64,000 nucleotides of DNA from Escherichia coli (GTDB taxonomy: Bacteria > Pseudomonadota > Gammaproteobacteria > Enterobacterales > Enterobacteriaceae). Numbering within the stretch: the stretch's first letter is position 1; each line of letters begins with the position of its first letter. The notes beneath the pieces are model-generated. The model saw nothing but the letters and a program-made list of their open reading frames with translations. It was not told the origin of the DNA and did no database searches. Made by a program: the position numbers and the translations under genes. Positions 1 through 15,367 of the stretch are shown here, piece after piece. Location: NCBI RefSeq assembly GCF_030384885.1, contig NZ_CP128613.1; one strand, given 5' to 3'.

Positions 1-124
1 TTGCGGGGCAGAACTGCAAAGCTGGTTTGAACCACCAAAACCGGGAACAACAAAGCCTGAGAAGAAGACACCGCCTCCGTTGCCGCCTTCCTGCCAGGCG
101 CTACTGGATGAGCACGTGATCTAA
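1..124 (+). CDS. mepA: 3' end of upstream gene, partial (murein endopeptidase MepA by gene order)
   Basis: Open frame from window edge to TAA at 122-124, overlapping the yfcA ATG (TAATG). Assignment rests on recalled E. coli gene order only. Confidence 0.5.
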
Positions 125-933
125 TGGAAACGTTTAATAGCCTGTTTATGGTTTCCCCGCTATTACTGGGACTCCTCTTTTTTGTCGCCATACTGGCGGG
201 ATTTATCGACTCTATTGCCGGGGGCGGTGGGCTACTCACCATTCCGGCATTAATGGCGGCGGGGATGTCTCCGGCTAACGCGCTGGCAACCAATAAACTG
301 CAAGCCTGCGGTGGCTCTATTTCTGCCACTATCTACTTTATTCGGCGCAAAGTGGTTAGCTTAAGCGATCAGAAACTTAATATCGCCATGACCTTTATCG
401 GCTCAATGAGCGGCGCTTTGCTGGTGCAGTACGTTCAGGCTGATGTCTTGCGGCAGATTTTGCCCATTCTGGTGATTTGTATTGGTCTTTATTTCTTACT
501 GATGCCCAAATTGGGAGAAGAAGATCGCCAGCGTCGGATGTATGGACTGCCATTTGCGCTGGTGGCGGGGGGCTGCGTTGGTTTTTACGATGGATTCTTT
601 GGCCCGGCTGCCGGATCGTTTTACGCGTTAGCCTTCGTTACGCTGTGCGGCTTTAACCTCGCCAAAGCCACGGCCCACGCCAAATTACTCAACGCAACGT
701 CAAACATCGGCGGTTTGCTGCTGTTTATTCTCGGCGGCAAAGTGATTTGGGCGACAGGATTTGTGATGCTGGTGGGGCAGTTCCTCGGCGCGCGCATGGG
801 GTCAAGACTGGTGTTGAGCAAAGGACAAAAGCTGATTCGCCCGATGATTGTTATCGTCTCGGCGGTGATGAGTGCCAAATTACTTTATGATAGCCACGGA
901 CAGGAGATCCTCAACTGGTTGGGGATGAACTAA
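124..933 (+). CDS. yfcA: TauE/SafE-family inner membrane protein YfcA
   Basis: 269-aa ORF, hydrophobic multi-pass sequence with Gly-rich motifs; matches recalled YfcA length and position. Confidence 0.9.
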   Translation: METFNSLFMVSPLLLGLLFFVAILAGFIDSIAGGGGLLTIPALMAAGMSPANALATNKLQACGGSISATIYFIRRKVVSLSDQKLNIAMTFIGSMSGALLVQYVQADVLRQILPILVICIGLYFLLMPKLGEEDRQRRMYGLPFALVAGGCVGFYDGFFGPAAGSFYALAFVTLCGFNLAKATAHAKLLNATSNIGGLLLFILGGKVIWATGFVMLVGQFLGARMGSRLVLSKGQKLIRPMIVIVSAVMSAKLLYDSHGQEILNWLGMN

Positions 934-1481
934 TGAATAGTACACACCACTATGAGCAGTTGATTAAAATTTTTAATAGCTGCTTTGCCGATGAATTTAA
1001 TACCCGTCTGATTAAAGGCGACGACGAACCGATCTATCTTCCTGCTGATGCGGAAGTACCGTATAACCGAATCGTCTTCGCTCATGGCTTTTATGCCAGC
1101 GCCATCCACGAGATTTCGCACTGGTGTATTGCCGGGAAAGCGCGCCGTGAGCTGGTTGATTTCGGCTACTGGTATTGCCCGGACGGACGCGATGCCCAGA
1201 CGCAAAGTCAGTTTGAAGCTGTTGAAGTGAAGCCGCAGGCGCTGGACTGGTTGTTCTGTGTGGCGGCGGGATATCCGTTTAATGTCAGTTGCGACAATCT
1301 GGAAGGGGATTTCGAACCGGACCGCGTGGTATTTCAACGGCGGGTACATGCACAGGTGATGGATTATCTGGCAAACGGTATTCCCGAGCGTCCGGCACGC
1401 TTCATTAAAGCACTACAAAATTATTATCACACGCCGGAACTTACGGCGGAACAGTTCCCGTGGCCGGAAGCGCTCAACTGA
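933..1481 (+). CDS. epmC: Elongation factor P hydroxylase EpmC (YfcM)
   Basis: 182-aa ORF; start overlaps yfcA stop; recognised sequence and synteny. Confidence 0.9.
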   Translation: MNSTHHYEQLIKIFNSCFADEFNTRLIKGDDEPIYLPADAEVPYNRIVFAHGFYASAIHEISHWCIAGKARRELVDFGYWYCPDGRDAQTQSQFEAVEVKPQALDWLFCVAAGYPFNVSCDNLEGDFEPDRVVFQRRVHAQVMDYLANGIPERPARFIKALQNYYHTPELTAEQFPWPEALN

Positions 1482-1514
1482 AGCCTGCGCCACGTTTTAC
1501 AATGAGGAAAGAAG

Positions 1515-1793
1515 ATGATCGCGGAGTTTGAATCACGCATTCTGGCATTAATCGACGGTATGGTTGACCATGCCAGTGATGATGAGTTGTTTGCCAGTGG
1601 GTATTTGCGTGGCCACCTGACATTAGCCATCGCAGAACTGGAAAGTGGTGATGACCACTCCGCCCAGGCGGTACATACGACCGTTAGCCAGAGTCTGGAA
1701 AAAGCCATTGGTGCCGGTGAGTTGTCGCCGCGAGACCAGGCGCTGGTGACCGATATGTGGGAAAACCTGTTTCAGCAGGCGTCACAGCAGTAA
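1515..1793 (+). CDS. yfcL: Uncharacterised protein YfcL
   Basis: 92-aa ORF immediately downstream of epmC; followed by a REP element. Confidence 0.85.
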
Positions 1794-1800
1794 GTAATGT

Positions 1801-1831
1801 GCCGGATAAGGCGTTCACGCCGCATCCGGCA
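1801..1831. repeat. REP (repetitive extragenic palindromic) element
   Basis: gccggataaggcgttcacgccgcatccggca, the canonical E. coli REP palindrome, after yfcL. Confidence 0.85.
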
Positions 1832-1848
1832 AACACTGCCAAAGCAGA

Positions 1849-3921
<2,073 letters not shown>

Positions 3922-3931
3922 CTATTAATTG

Positions 3932-3966
3932 GCTGATCGGACTTGTTCGGCGTACAAGTGTACGCT
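3932..3966 (+). promoter_or_regulatory. fabB operator region: FadR box adjacent to FabR palindrome
   Basis: gctgatcggacttgttcgg followed by gcgtacaagtgtacgct about 50 bp upstream of the fabB ATG; matches the recalled FadR and FabR sites. Confidence 0.7.
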
Positions 3967-4013
3967 ATTGTGCATTCGAAACTTACTCTATGTGCGACTT
4001 ACAGAGGTATTGA

Positions 4014-5234
4014 ATGAAACGTGCAGTGATTACTGGCCTGGGCATTGTTTCCAGCATCGGTAATAACCAGCAGGAAGTCCTGGCATCTCTGCGTGAAGGA
4101 CGTTCAGGGATCACTTTCTCTCAGGAGCTGAAGGATTCCGGCATGCGTAGCCACGTCTGGGGCAACGTAAAACTGGATACCACTGGCCTCATTGACCGCA
4201 AAGTTGTGCGCTTTATGAGCGACGCATCCATTTATGCATTCCTTTCTATGGAGCAGGCAATTGCAGATGCTGGCCTCTCCCCGGAAGCTTATCAGAATAA
4301 CCCGCGCGTTGGCCTGATTGCAGGTTCTGGCGGCGGTTCCCCGCGTTTCCAGGTGTTCGGTGCTGACGCTATGCGTAGCCCGCGCGGCCTGAAAGCGGTT
4401 GGCCCGTATGTGGTCACCAAAGCGATGGCATCTGGCGTTTCTGCCTGCCTCGCCACGCCGTTTAAAATTCACGGCGTTAACTACTCCATCAGCTCCGCGT
4501 GTGCGACTTCCGCACACTGTATCGGTAACGCAGTAGAGCAGATCCAACTGGGCAAACAGGACATCGTGTTTGCTGGCGGCGGCGAAGAGCTGTGCTGGGA
4601 AATGGCTTGCGAATTCGACGCGATGGGCGCGCTGTCTACTAAATACAACGACACCCCAGAAAAAGCCTCCCGTACTTACGACGCTCACCGTGACGGTTTC
4701 GTTATCGCTGGCGGCGGCGGTATGGTGGTGGTTGAAGAGCTGGAACACGCGCTGGCGCGTGGGGCTCACATCTATGCTGAAATCGTTGGTTACGGCGCAA
4801 CGTCTGATGGTGCAGACATGGTTGCTCCGTCTGGCGAAGGCGCAGTTCGCTGCATGCAGATGGCGATGCACGGTGTTGATACGCCAATCGACTACCTGAA
4901 CTCTCACGGTACTTCAACTCCGGTTGGCGACGTGAAAGAGCTGGCGGCTATCCGTGAAGTATTCGGTGATAAGAGCCCGGCGATTTCTGCAACCAAAGCA
5001 ATGACCGGTCACTCTCTGGGCGCTGCGGGTGTGCAGGAAGCTATCTACTCTCTGCTGATGCTGGAACACGGCTTTATCGCACCGAGCATCAACATTGAAG
5101 AGCTGGACGAGCAGGCTGCGGGTCTGAACATTGTGACCGAAACGACCGATCGCGAACTGACTACCGTTATGTCTAACAGCTTCGGCTTCGGTGGCACCAA
5201 CGCCACGCTGGTAATGCGTAAGCTGAAAGATTAA
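4014..5234 (+). CDS. fabB: 3-oxoacyl-ACP synthase I (KAS I)
   Basis: 406-aa ORF with thiolase-fold condensing-enzyme motifs; FadR/FabR operator upstream; terminator downstream. Confidence 0.97.
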   Translation: MKRAVITGLGIVSSIGNNQQEVLASLREGRSGITFSQELKDSGMRSHVWGNVKLDTTGLIDRKVVRFMSDASIYAFLSMEQAIADAGLSPEAYQNNPRVGLIAGSGGGSPRFQVFGADAMRSPRGLKAVGPYVVTKAMASGVSACLATPFKIHGVNYSISSACATSAHCIGNAVEQIQLGKQDIVFAGGGEELCWEMACEFDAMGALSTKYNDTPEKASRTYDAHRDGFVIAGGGGMVVVEELEHALARGAHIYAEIVGYGATSDGADMVAPSGEGAVRCMQMAMHGVDTPIDYLNSHGTSTPVGDVKELAAIREVFGDKSPAISATKAMTGHSLGAAGVQEAIYSLLMLEHGFIAPSINIEELDEQAAGLNIVTETTDRELTTVMSNSFGFGGTNATLVMRKLKD

Positions 5235-5240
5235 TTCGGA

Positions 5241-5276
5241 GTAGGTCGGATAAGACGCGTCAGCGTCGCATCCGAC
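5241..5276. repeat. REP element
   Basis: gtaggtcggataagacgcgtcagcgtcgcatccgac after fabB. Confidence 0.8.
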
Positions 5277-5313
5277 GATACGCGCCAGTGCCGCTTCCGG
5301 CACTAAAGAAAAA

Positions 5314-5336
5314 GGGAACCCGATGGTTCCCTTTTT
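5314..5336 (+). terminator. Rho-independent terminator after fabB
   Basis: gggaacc-cgat-ggttccc stem-loop followed by TTTTT; flanked by A-run, so possibly bidirectional. Confidence 0.85.
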
Positions 5337-5497
5337 CACATCATTGACAATCGCCGCCTGTTCCAGGCAAACTTCCCGCTTTGTCGATTTCCTTCTGAAA
5401 AGACGTACGCGTTAAATCCTGCCAACGCGTACCGTAACCCTGAAACCAGAGAGATGAGACGGGGAAATTCCTCGCCTCGCGCTGCATTCTGGAGTAA

Positions 5498-7671
<2,174 letters not shown>

Positions 7672-7769
7672 TACGTATCCTTATACCTGAAATCATCGCA
7701 AGTATGCCTGGCCGCGAGATTATGGCACACTTGTCCGGTTAACTCTCGTCTCATACAGGTAACACAAAC

Positions 7770-8906
7770 GTGAAAATCCTTGTTGATGAAAATATGCCTT
7801 ATGCCCGCGACTTATTTAGCCGTTTGGGTGAGGTGACTGCGGTTCCGGGGCGTCCAATCCCAGTAGCTCAACTGGCAGATGCGGATGCGCTGATGGTGCG
7901 TTCGGTCACCAAAGTGAATGAATCTTTGCTGGCAGGAAAACCCATTAAATATGTTGGCACAGCCACAGCGGGAACCGACCATGTCGATGAAGCATGGTTA
8001 AAGCAGGCGGGAATTGGTTTTTCCGCAGCACCTGGCTGTAATGCGATTGCGGTGGTGGAATATGTTTTCTCCTCACTGCTGATGCTTGCTGAACGCGATG
8101 GATTTTCACTGCATGAGCGTACCGTGGGGATCGTGGGCGTTGGTAACGTTGGTCGGCGTTTACAGGCGCGACTGGAAGCGCTGGGGATCAAAACCTTGCT
8201 TTGCGATCCGCCGCGTGCCGATCGTGGGGATGAGGGCGATTTCCGTTCGTTGGATGAATTAGTCCAGCATGCGGATATCCTGACATTCCATACGCCACTC
8301 TTTAAAGACGGACCGTACAAAACGCTGCATCTGGCGGACGAAAAACTGATTCGTAACCTGAAGCCGGGAGCGATCTTGATTAACGCCTGCCGTGGCGCAG
8401 TCGTCGATAATACTGCCCTGTTGACCTGTCTGAATGAAGGTCAGAAGTTAAGCGTTGTGCTGGATGTCTGGGAAGGCGAACCGGAACTCAACGTGGAATT
8501 GCTGAAAAAAGTGGATATCGGCACGCCGCATATTGCGGGTTACACCCTCGAAGGTAAAGCCCGTGGCACTACGCAAGTATTTGAAGCGTATAGCAAGTTT
8601 ATTGGGCGTGAGCAACACGTTGCGCTTGATACGTTGCTACCCGCGCCAGAGTTTGGCCGTATTACACTGCATGGTCCGCTCGATCAACCGACGCTGAAAA
8701 GGCTGGTGCATTTGGTGTATGATGTGCGCCGCGATGACGCACCGCTGCGTAAAGTCGCCGGGATACCGGGTGAGTTCGATAAACTGCGCAAAAACTATCT
8801 TGAGCGCCGTGAATGGTCATCTCTGTATGTGATTTGTGATGACGCCAGTGCGGCATCATTGCTGTGTAAACTGGGTTTTAACGCCGTTCATCATCCGGCA
8901 CGTTAA
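7770..8906 (+). CDS. pdxB: Erythronate-4-phosphate dehydrogenase
   Basis: 378-aa ORF, D-2-hydroxyacid dehydrogenase fold with GxGxxG NAD motif (GIVGVGNVG); GTG start. Confidence 0.95.
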   Translation: MKILVDENMPYARDLFSRLGEVTAVPGRPIPVAQLADADALMVRSVTKVNESLLAGKPIKYVGTATAGTDHVDEAWLKQAGIGFSAAPGCNAIAVVEYVFSSLLMLAERDGFSLHERTVGIVGVGNVGRRLQARLEALGIKTLLCDPPRADRGDEGDFRSLDELVQHADILTFHTPLFKDGPYKTLHLADEKLIRNLKPGAILINACRGAVVDNTALLTCLNEGQKLSVVLDVWEGEPELNVELLKKVDIGTPHIAGYTLEGKARGTTQVFEAYSKFIGREQHVALDTLLPAPEFGRITLHGPLDQPTLKRLVHLVYDVRRDDAPLRKVAGIPGEFDKLRKNYLERREWSSLYVICDDASAASLLCKLGFNAVHHPAR

Positions 8907-8971
8907 TCTCTTCTTCATGCTCTCTGCTGTAATATTGGCAGGGAGCTTTGCTATTTCTGGAGTAAACCACC

Positions 8972-9985
8972 ATGTCTGAAGGCTGGAACATTGCCGTCCT
9001 GGGCGCAACTGGCGCTGTGGGCGAAGCCCTGCTTGAAACGCTGGCTGAACGTCAGTTCCCGGTTGGGGAAATTTATGCACTGGCACGTAACGAAAGCGCA
9101 GGCGAACAACTGCGCTTTGGTGGTAAGACAATCACCGTGCAGGATGCCGCTGAATTCGACTGGACGCAGGCGCAACTGGCGTTTTTTGTCGCAGGCAAAG
9201 AAGCTACCGCTGCCTGGGTTGAAGAAGCGACCAACTCAGGTTGCCTGGTGATCGATAGCAGCGGATTGTTTGCTCTCGAACCTGACGTACCGCTGGTGGT
9301 GCCGGAAGTAAACCCGTTTGTACTGACCGATTACCGCAACCGAAATGTCATCGCCGTACCGGACAGTCTGACCAGCCAGCTGCTGGCGGCACTGAAACCG
9401 TTAATCGATCAGGGCGGTTTGTCACGTATCAGCGTCACCAGCCTGATTTCTGCCTCCGCCCAGGGTAAAAAAGCGGTCGATGCGTTAGCAGGGCAGAGCG
9501 CGAAACTGCTGAACGGTATTCCGATTGACGAAGAAGATTTCTTCGGTCGTCAGCTGGCGTTCAATATGCTGCCGTTACTGCCGGATAGCGAAGGTAGCGT
9601 GCGTGAAGAACGTCGTATCGTTGACGAAGTACGCAAAATCCTGCAAGACGAAGGGCTGATGATTTCGGCAAGCGTCGTCCAGGCACCGGTTTTCTACGGT
9701 CATGCCCAGATGGTCAACTTTGAAGCACTGCGTCCGCTGGCGGCAGAAGAAGCGCGTGATGCGTTTGCCCAGGGCGAAGATATTGTGCTCTCTGAAGAGA
9801 ACGAATTCCCGACGCAGGTGGGGGATGCTTCTGGTACGCCGCATCTTTCCGTTGGCTGTGTACGCAATGACTACGGTATGCCGGAGCAAGTCCAGTTCTG
9901 GTCAGTGGCCGATAACGTTCGCTTTGGCGGCGCGCTGATGGCAGTAAAAATCGCCGAGAAACTGGTGCAGGAGTATCTGTACTAA
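8972..9985 (+). CDS. usg: Aspartate-semialdehyde dehydrogenase paralog Usg (function unknown)
   Basis: 337-aa ORF with N-terminal Rossmann motif (VLGATGAVG); classic pdxB-usg-truA-dedA order. Confidence 0.92.
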   Translation: MSEGWNIAVLGATGAVGEALLETLAERQFPVGEIYALARNESAGEQLRFGGKTITVQDAAEFDWTQAQLAFFVAGKEATAAWVEEATNSGCLVIDSSGLFALEPDVPLVVPEVNPFVLTDYRNRNVIAVPDSLTSQLLAALKPLIDQGGLSRISVTSLISASAQGKKAVDALAGQSAKLLNGIPIDEEDFFGRQLAFNMLPLLPDSEGSVREERRIVDEVRKILQDEGLMISASVVQAPVFYGHAQMVNFEALRPLAAEEARDAFAQGEDIVLSEENEFPTQVGDASGTPHLSVGCVRNDYGMPEQVQFWSVADNVRFGGALMAVKIAEKLVQEYLY

Positions 9986-10797
9986 TGTCCGACCAGCAAC
10001 AACCGCCAGTTTACAAAATTGCGCTGGGCATTGAGTACGACGGCAGTAAGTATTACGGCTGGCAACGGCAGAACGAAGTACGCAGTGTGCAGGAGAAACT
10101 GGAAAAGGCACTCTCTCAGGTGGCGAACGAACCGATCACCGTCTTTTGTGCCGGGCGTACCGACGCAGGCGTACACGGTACAGGGCAGGTTGTGCATTTC
10201 GAAACTACCGCGCAGCGTAAAGACGCTGCGTGGACGTTGGGCGTAAATGCGAATTTACCTGGTGACATCGCCGTGCGTTGGGTTAAAGCTGTACCTGATG
10301 ATTTTCATGCCCGATTTAGCGCCACGGCTCGCCGTTATCGCTACATCATCTACAATCATCGGCTGCGTCCGGCAGTGCTGAGTAAAGGGGTAACCCATTT
10401 TTACGAACCGCTGGACGCTGAACGGATGCATCGGGCCGCGCAATGCCTGCTGGGCGAGAATGATTTCACCTCGTTCCGTGCGGTGCAGTGCCAGTCCCGA
10501 ACCCCGTGGCGCAACGTTATGCATATTAATGTCACGCGTCACGGTCCTTATGTGGTGGTAGATATCAAAGCAAATGCCTTTGTACATCATATGGTGAGGA
10601 ATATTGTCGGCAGCCTGATGGAAGTCGGTGCCAACAACCAGCCGGAGAGCTGGATAGCAGAACTGCTGGCAGCAAAGGACAGAACGCTGGCGGCAGCAAC
10701 GGCAAAAGCGGAAGGGCTGTATCTGGTCGCGGTGGATTACCCTGACCGGTTTGATCTTCCAAAACCGCCAATGGGCCCGCTATTTCTGGCGGACTAA
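9985..10797 (+). CDS. truA: tRNA pseudouridine(38-40) synthase TruA
   Basis: 270-aa ORF; catalytic-Asp region ([10 protein letters not shown]); start overlaps usg stop. Confidence 0.95.
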   Translation: MSDQQQPPVYKIALGIEYDGSKYYGWQRQNEVRSVQEKLEKALSQVANEPITVFCAGRTDAGVHGTGQVVHFETTAQRKDAAWTLGVNANLPGDIAVRWVKAVPDDFHARFSATARRYRYIIYNHRLRPAVLSKGVTHFYEPLDAERMHRAAQCLLGENDFTSFRAVQCQSRTPWRNVMHINVTRHGPYVVVDIKANAFVHHMVRNIVGSLMEVGANNQPESWIAELLAAKDRTLAAATAKAEGLYLVAVDYPDRFDLPKPPMGPLFLAD

Positions 10798-10879
10798 CGA
10801 GAATAAAGCTCGGAAAATTTCAGGCTGTAGCCAACGTAGTTACGGCCTGAAAGATGACGAGTACAAGGCATAGGCTAAT

Positions 10880-11539
10880 ATGGACCTGATTTATTTCCTC
10901 ATCGATTTTATCCTGCACATTGACGTGCATCTGGCAGAACTGGTCGCAGAGTATGGCGTCTGGGTTTATGCCATTTTGTTCTTAATTTTGTTCTGTGAAA
11001 CCGGTCTGGTGGTAACGCCGTTCTTACCGGGAGATTCGCTGCTGTTTGTTGCAGGGGCACTGGCCTCGCTTGAAACCAACGATCTCAATGTTCATATGAT
11101 GGTCGTACTGATGTTAATTGCCGCGATTGTTGGTGATGCGGTCAACTACACCATAGGACGGTTGTTCGGTGAAAAGTTATTCAGTAATCCCAATTCGAAA
11201 ATTTTCCGTCGCAGCTATCTCGACAAAACCCATCAGTTTTATGAGAAACATGGCGGCAAAACCATTATTCTCGCCCGTTTTGTGCCGATCGTCAGAACGT
11301 TCGCCCCGTTTGTTGCGGGAATGGGCCACATGTCGTACCGTCATTTCGCTGCCTATAACGTGATCGGCGCACTGTTGTGGGTACTGCTTTTTACCTACGC
11401 AGGCTATTTCTTCGGTACAATTCCGATGGTTCAGGATAACCTTAAGCTGCTGATCGTCGGGATTATTGTGGTTTCCATTTTGCCGGGCGTCATCGAAATT
11501 ATCCGTCACAAACGCGCTGCGGCACGCGCCGCAAAATAA
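10880..11539 (+). CDS. dedA: DedA-family inner membrane protein
   Basis: 219-aa hydrophobic ORF; synteny. Confidence 0.92.
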   Translation: MDLIYFLIDFILHIDVHLAELVAEYGVWVYAILFLILFCETGLVVTPFLPGDSLLFVAGALASLETNDLNVHMMVVLMLIAAIVGDAVNYTIGRLFGEKLFSNPNSKIFRRSYLDKTHQFYEKHGGKTIILARFVPIVRTFAPFVAGMGHMSYRHFAAYNVIGALLWVLLFTYAGYFFGTIPMVQDNLKLLIVGIIVVSILPGVIEIIRHKRAAARAAK

Positions 11540-11694
11540 AAAGTAACTCCGCGGTTCGACCACTTTTTTATCCAAAGTTTCGGGCTGTTATGTTTTAATG
11601 TGCAACATTCATGGTCTGTTGGGGGCAAAAATGGCATTATGCGTCCCCAAAGATAAAACTGGCATCGAACCAGGTTCAGACAGAAAGGTCCCTA

Positions 11695-12609
11695 ATGAGC
11701 TGGATTGAACGAATTAAAAGCAACATTACTCCCACCCGCAAGGCGAGCATTCCTGAAGGTGTGTGGACTAAGTGTGATAGCTGCGGTCAGGTTTTATACC
11801 GCGCTGAGCTGGAACGTAATCTTGAGGTCTGTCCGAAGTGTGACCATCACATGCGTATGACAGCGCGTAATCGCCTGCATAGCCTGTTAGATGAAGGAAG
11901 CCTTGTGGAGCTGGGTAGCGAGCTTGAGCCGAAAGATGTGCTGAAGTTTCGTGACTCCAAGAAGTATAAAGACCGTCTGGCATCTGCGCAGAAAGAAACC
12001 GGCGAAAAAGATGCGCTGGTGGTGATGAAAGGCACCCTGTATGGAATGCCGGTTGTCGCTGCGGCATTCGAGTTCGCCTTTATGGGCGGTTCCATGGGGT
12101 CTGTGGTAGGTGCACGTTTCGTACGTGCCGTTGAGCAGGCGCTGGAAGATAACTGCCCGCTGATCTGCTTCTCCGCCTCTGGTGGCGCACGTATGCAGGA
12201 AGCACTGATGTCGCTGATGCAGATGGCGAAAACCTCTGCGGCACTGGCAAAAATGCAGGAGCGCGGCTTGCCGTACATCTCCGTGCTGACTGACCCGACC
12301 ATGGGCGGTGTTTCTGCAAGTTTCGCCATGCTGGGCGATCTCAATATTGCTGAACCGAAAGCGTTAATCGGCTTTGCCGGTCCGCGTGTTATCGAACAGA
12401 CCGTTCGCGAAAAACTGCCGCCAGGATTCCAGCGCAGTGAATTCCTGATCGAGAAAGGTGCGATCGACATGATCGTCCGTCGTCCGGAAATGCGCCTGAA
12501 ACTGGCGAGTATTCTGGCGAAGTTGATGAATTTGCCAGCGCCGAATCCTGAAGCGCCGCGTGAAGGCGTAGTGGTGCCACCGGTACCGGATCAGGAACCT
12601 GAGGCCTGA
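11695..12609 (+). CDS. accD: Acetyl-CoA carboxylase carboxyltransferase beta subunit
   Basis: ORF open from 11611, but the recognised N-terminus MSWIERIK begins at the ATG at 11695 (304 aa); Cys4 zinc ribbon CDSCGQ...CPKCDHH. Confidence 0.95.
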
Positions 12610-12619
12610 TAACTGATAA

Positions 12620-12646
12620 GGGCAGGGCCACTGGCTCTGCCCTTTT
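12620..12646 (+). terminator. Rho-independent terminator after accD
   Basis: gggcag...ctgccc stem followed by TTTT. Confidence 0.8.
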
Positions 12647-12678
12647 GCTATTCTCACCGTAACGAATCAGCGGATACC

Positions 12679-13947
12679 ATGATTATCAAACGCACTCCTC
12701 AAGCCGCGTCGCCTCTGGCTTCGTGGCTTTCTTATCTGGAAAACCTGCACAGTAAAACTATCGATCTTGGCCTTGAGCGCGTAAGCCAGGTCGCGGCACG
12801 TCTTGGCGTTCTGAAACCAGCGCCATTTGTGTTTACCGTTGCGGGTACGAATGGCAAAGGCACCACCTGCCGTACGCTGGAGTCGATTCTGATGGCGGCA
12901 GGGTACAGAGTGGGCGTCTACAGTTCGCCGCATCTGGTGCGTTATACCGAGCGCGTACGTGTGCAGGGCCAGGAATTGCCGGAATCGGCCCACACAGCCT
13001 CTTTTGCGGAGATTGAATCGGCACGCGGTGATATTTCCCTGACCTATTTCGAGTACGGTACGTTGTCGGCGTTGTGGCTGTTCAAACAGGCACAACTTGA
13101 CGTGGTGATTCTGGAAGTAGGGCTGGGCGGACGTCTGGATGCAACCAATATTGTCGATGCTGATGTTGCGGTGGTGACCAGCATTGCGCTGGATCATACC
13201 GACTGGTTGGGGCCAGATCGCGAAAGCATTGGTCGTGAGAAAGCAGGGATTTTCCGCAATGAAAAACCGGCAATTGTCGGAGAGCCTGAAATGCCTTCTA
13301 CCATTGCTGATGTGGCGCAGGAAAAAGGTGCACTGTTACAACGTCGGGGCGTTGAGTGGAACTATTCCGTCAGTGACAATGACTGGACGTTTAGCGATGC
13401 TCACGGCACGCTGGAAAATCTGCCGTTGCCGCTTGTCCCGCAACCGAATGCCGCAACGGCGCTGGCGGCACTGCGTGCCAGCGGGCTGGAGGTCAGTGAA
13501 AATGCCATTCGCGACGGGATTGCCAGCGCAATTTTGCCGGGACGTTTCCAGATTGTGAGCGAGTCGCCACGCGTTATTTTTGATGTCGCGCATAATCCAC
13601 ATGCGGCGGAATATCTCACCGGGCGTATGAAAGCGCTACCGAAAAACGGGCGCGTGCTGGCGGTTATCGGTATGCTACATGATAAAGATATTGCCGGAAC
13701 TCTGGCCTGGTTGAAAAGCGTGGTTGATGACTGGTATTGTGCGCCACTGGAAGGGCCGCGCGGTGCCACGGCAGAACAACTGCTTGAGCATTTGGGTAAC
13801 GGCAAATCATTTGATAGCGTGGCGCAGGCATGGGATGCCGCAATGGCGGACGCTAAAGCGGAAGATACCGTGCTGGTGTGTGGTTCGTTCCACACGGTCG
13901 CACATGTCATGGAAGTGATTGACGCGAGGAGAAGCGGTGGCAAGTAA
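12679..13947 (+). CDS. folC: Dihydrofolate synthase / folylpolyglutamate synthase
   Basis: 422-aa ORF with Mur-ligase P-loop (VAGTNGKGTT). Confidence 0.95.
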   Translation: MIIKRTPQAASPLASWLSYLENLHSKTIDLGLERVSQVAARLGVLKPAPFVFTVAGTNGKGTTCRTLESILMAAGYRVGVYSSPHLVRYTERVRVQGQELPESAHTASFAEIESARGDISLTYFEYGTLSALWLFKQAQLDVVILEVGLGGRLDATNIVDADVAVVTSIALDHTDWLGPDRESIGREKAGIFRNEKPAIVGEPEMPSTIADVAQEKGALLQRRGVEWNYSVSDNDWTFSDAHGTLENLPLPLVPQPNAATALAALRASGLEVSENAIRDGIASAILPGRFQIVSESPRVIFDVAHNPHAAEYLTGRMKALPKNGRVLAVIGMLHDKDIAGTLAWLKSVVDDWYCAPLEGPRGATAEQLLEHLGNGKSFDSVAQAWDAAMADAKAEDTVLVCGSFHTVAHVMEVIDARRSGGK

Positions 13948-14599
13948 GTTTCAGAATCGGTTAGTGGGTACGATCGTGCTGGTGGCGCTGGGGGTGATTG
14001 TACTTCCAGGGTTGCTGGACGGGCAGAAAAAACATTATCAGGATGAGTTCGCGGCTATCCCGCTGGTGCCAAAAGCGGGCGATCGCGATGAGCCTGATAT
14101 GATGCCAGCCGCCACCCAGGCGCTGCCGACGCAGCCGCCGGAAGGCGCAGCGGAAGAGGTACGGGCAGGTGATGCCGCAGCACCGTCGCTCGATCCGGCC
14201 ACTATTGCAGCCAATAACACCGAGTTTGAACCGGAACCTGCACCGGTCGCTCCACCGAAGCCGAAACCGGTGGAACCGCCTAAACCGAAGGTTGAAGCAG
14301 CACCTGCGCCGAAGCCAGAACCGAAGCCGGTCGTGGAAGAAAAAGCAGCGCCAACGGGTAAAGCTTATGTTGTGCAACTGGGCGCGCTGAAAAATGCCGA
14401 TAAAGTGAATGAGATTGTCGGTAAGCTGCGCGGCGCGGGTTATCGGGTTTATACGTCGCCATCCACGCCGGTGCAGGGTAAAATTACCCGTATTCTGGTT
14501 GGGCCAGATGCCTCGAAAGATAAGCTGAAAGGTTCGCTGGGTGAACTCAAGCAGCTTTCTGGCTTAAGTGGCGTGGTGATGGGCTATACACCGAATTAA
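13937..14599 (+). CDS. dedD: Cell division protein DedD (SPOR domain)
   Basis: ORF overlapping folC 3' end; probable GTG start at 13937 (VASKFQNRL...); N-terminal TM helix, Pro/Ala/Lys-rich linker, C-terminal SPOR-like domain. Confidence 0.9.
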   Translation: MASKFQNRLVGTIVLVALGVIVLPGLLDGQKKHYQDEFAAIPLVPKAGDRDEPDMMPAATQALPTQPPEGAAEEVRAGDAAAPSLDPATIAANNTEFEPEPAPVAPPKPKPVEPPKPKVEAAPAPKPEPKPVVEEKAAPTGKAYVVQLGALKNADKVNEIVGKLRGAGYRVYTSPSTPVQGKITRILVGPDASKDKLKGSLGELKQLSGLSGVVMGYTPN

Positions 14600-14608
14600 T
14601 ACGGTTTT

Positions 14609-14677
<69 letters not shown>

Positions 14678-14770
14678 CCGCATTGCCCGATGCCGCAAAG
14701 GCATGAAAAGTCGATGGCGTTGAATATTTTTTCAGCGCCATTTTTATTGAAGCGTGGGAAGGAAATCCCT

Positions 14771-14786
14771 ACGCAAACGTTTTCTT
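14771..14786 (+). promoter_or_regulatory. PurR box of the cvpA-purF promoter
   Basis: acgcaaacgttttctt, a near-palindromic PurR operator, immediately upstream of an extended -10-like tgttagaat. Confidence 0.8.
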
Positions 14787-14842
14787 TTTCTGTTAGAATG
14801 CGCCCCGAACAGGATGACAGGGCGTAAAATCGTGGGACACAT

Positions 14843-15331
14843 ATGGTCTGGATTGATTACGCCATAATCGCGGTGATTGCTTTTTCCTCTCTGGTTAGCC
14901 TGATCCGCGGCTTTGTTCGTGAAGCGTTATCGCTGGTGACATGGGGTTGTGCTTTCTTTGTTGCCAGTCATTACTACACTTACCTGTCAGTCTGGTTTAC
15001 GGGCTTTGAAGACGAACTGGTTCGAAATGGGATTGCCATCGCGGTACTGTTTATCGCTACCCTGATCGTTGGTGCTATCGTGAACTTCGTGATAGGCCAG
15101 TTGGTGGAGAAAACGGGGTTGTCAGGCACCGACCGGGTGCTGGGCGTCTGTTTCGGTGCGTTGCGCGGTGTGTTGATTGTTGCTGCCATTCTCTTCTTTC
15201 TCGACTCCTTTACCGGGGTGTCGAAAAGCGAAGACTGGAGCAAATCACAGCTGATCCCGCAGTTCAGTTTTATCATCAGATGGTTTTTTGATTATCTGCA
15301 AAGCTCGTCAAGTTTCTTGCCCAGAGCGTAA
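14843..15331 (+). CDS. cvpA: Colicin V production membrane protein CvpA
   Basis: 162-aa hydrophobic ORF, first gene of the cvpA-purF-ubiX operon; PurR box upstream. Confidence 0.93.
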   Translation: MVWIDYAIIAVIAFSSLVSLIRGFVREALSLVTWGCAFFVASHYYTYLSVWFTGFEDELVRNGIAIAVLFIATLIVGAIVNFVIGQLVEKTGLSGTDRVLGVCFGALRGVLIVAAILFFLDSFTGVSKSEDWSKSQLIPQFSFIIRWFFDYLQSSSSFLPRA

Positions 15332-15367
15332 GTGCTCTGAGATGTGGCTTAACGAGGAAAAAGACGT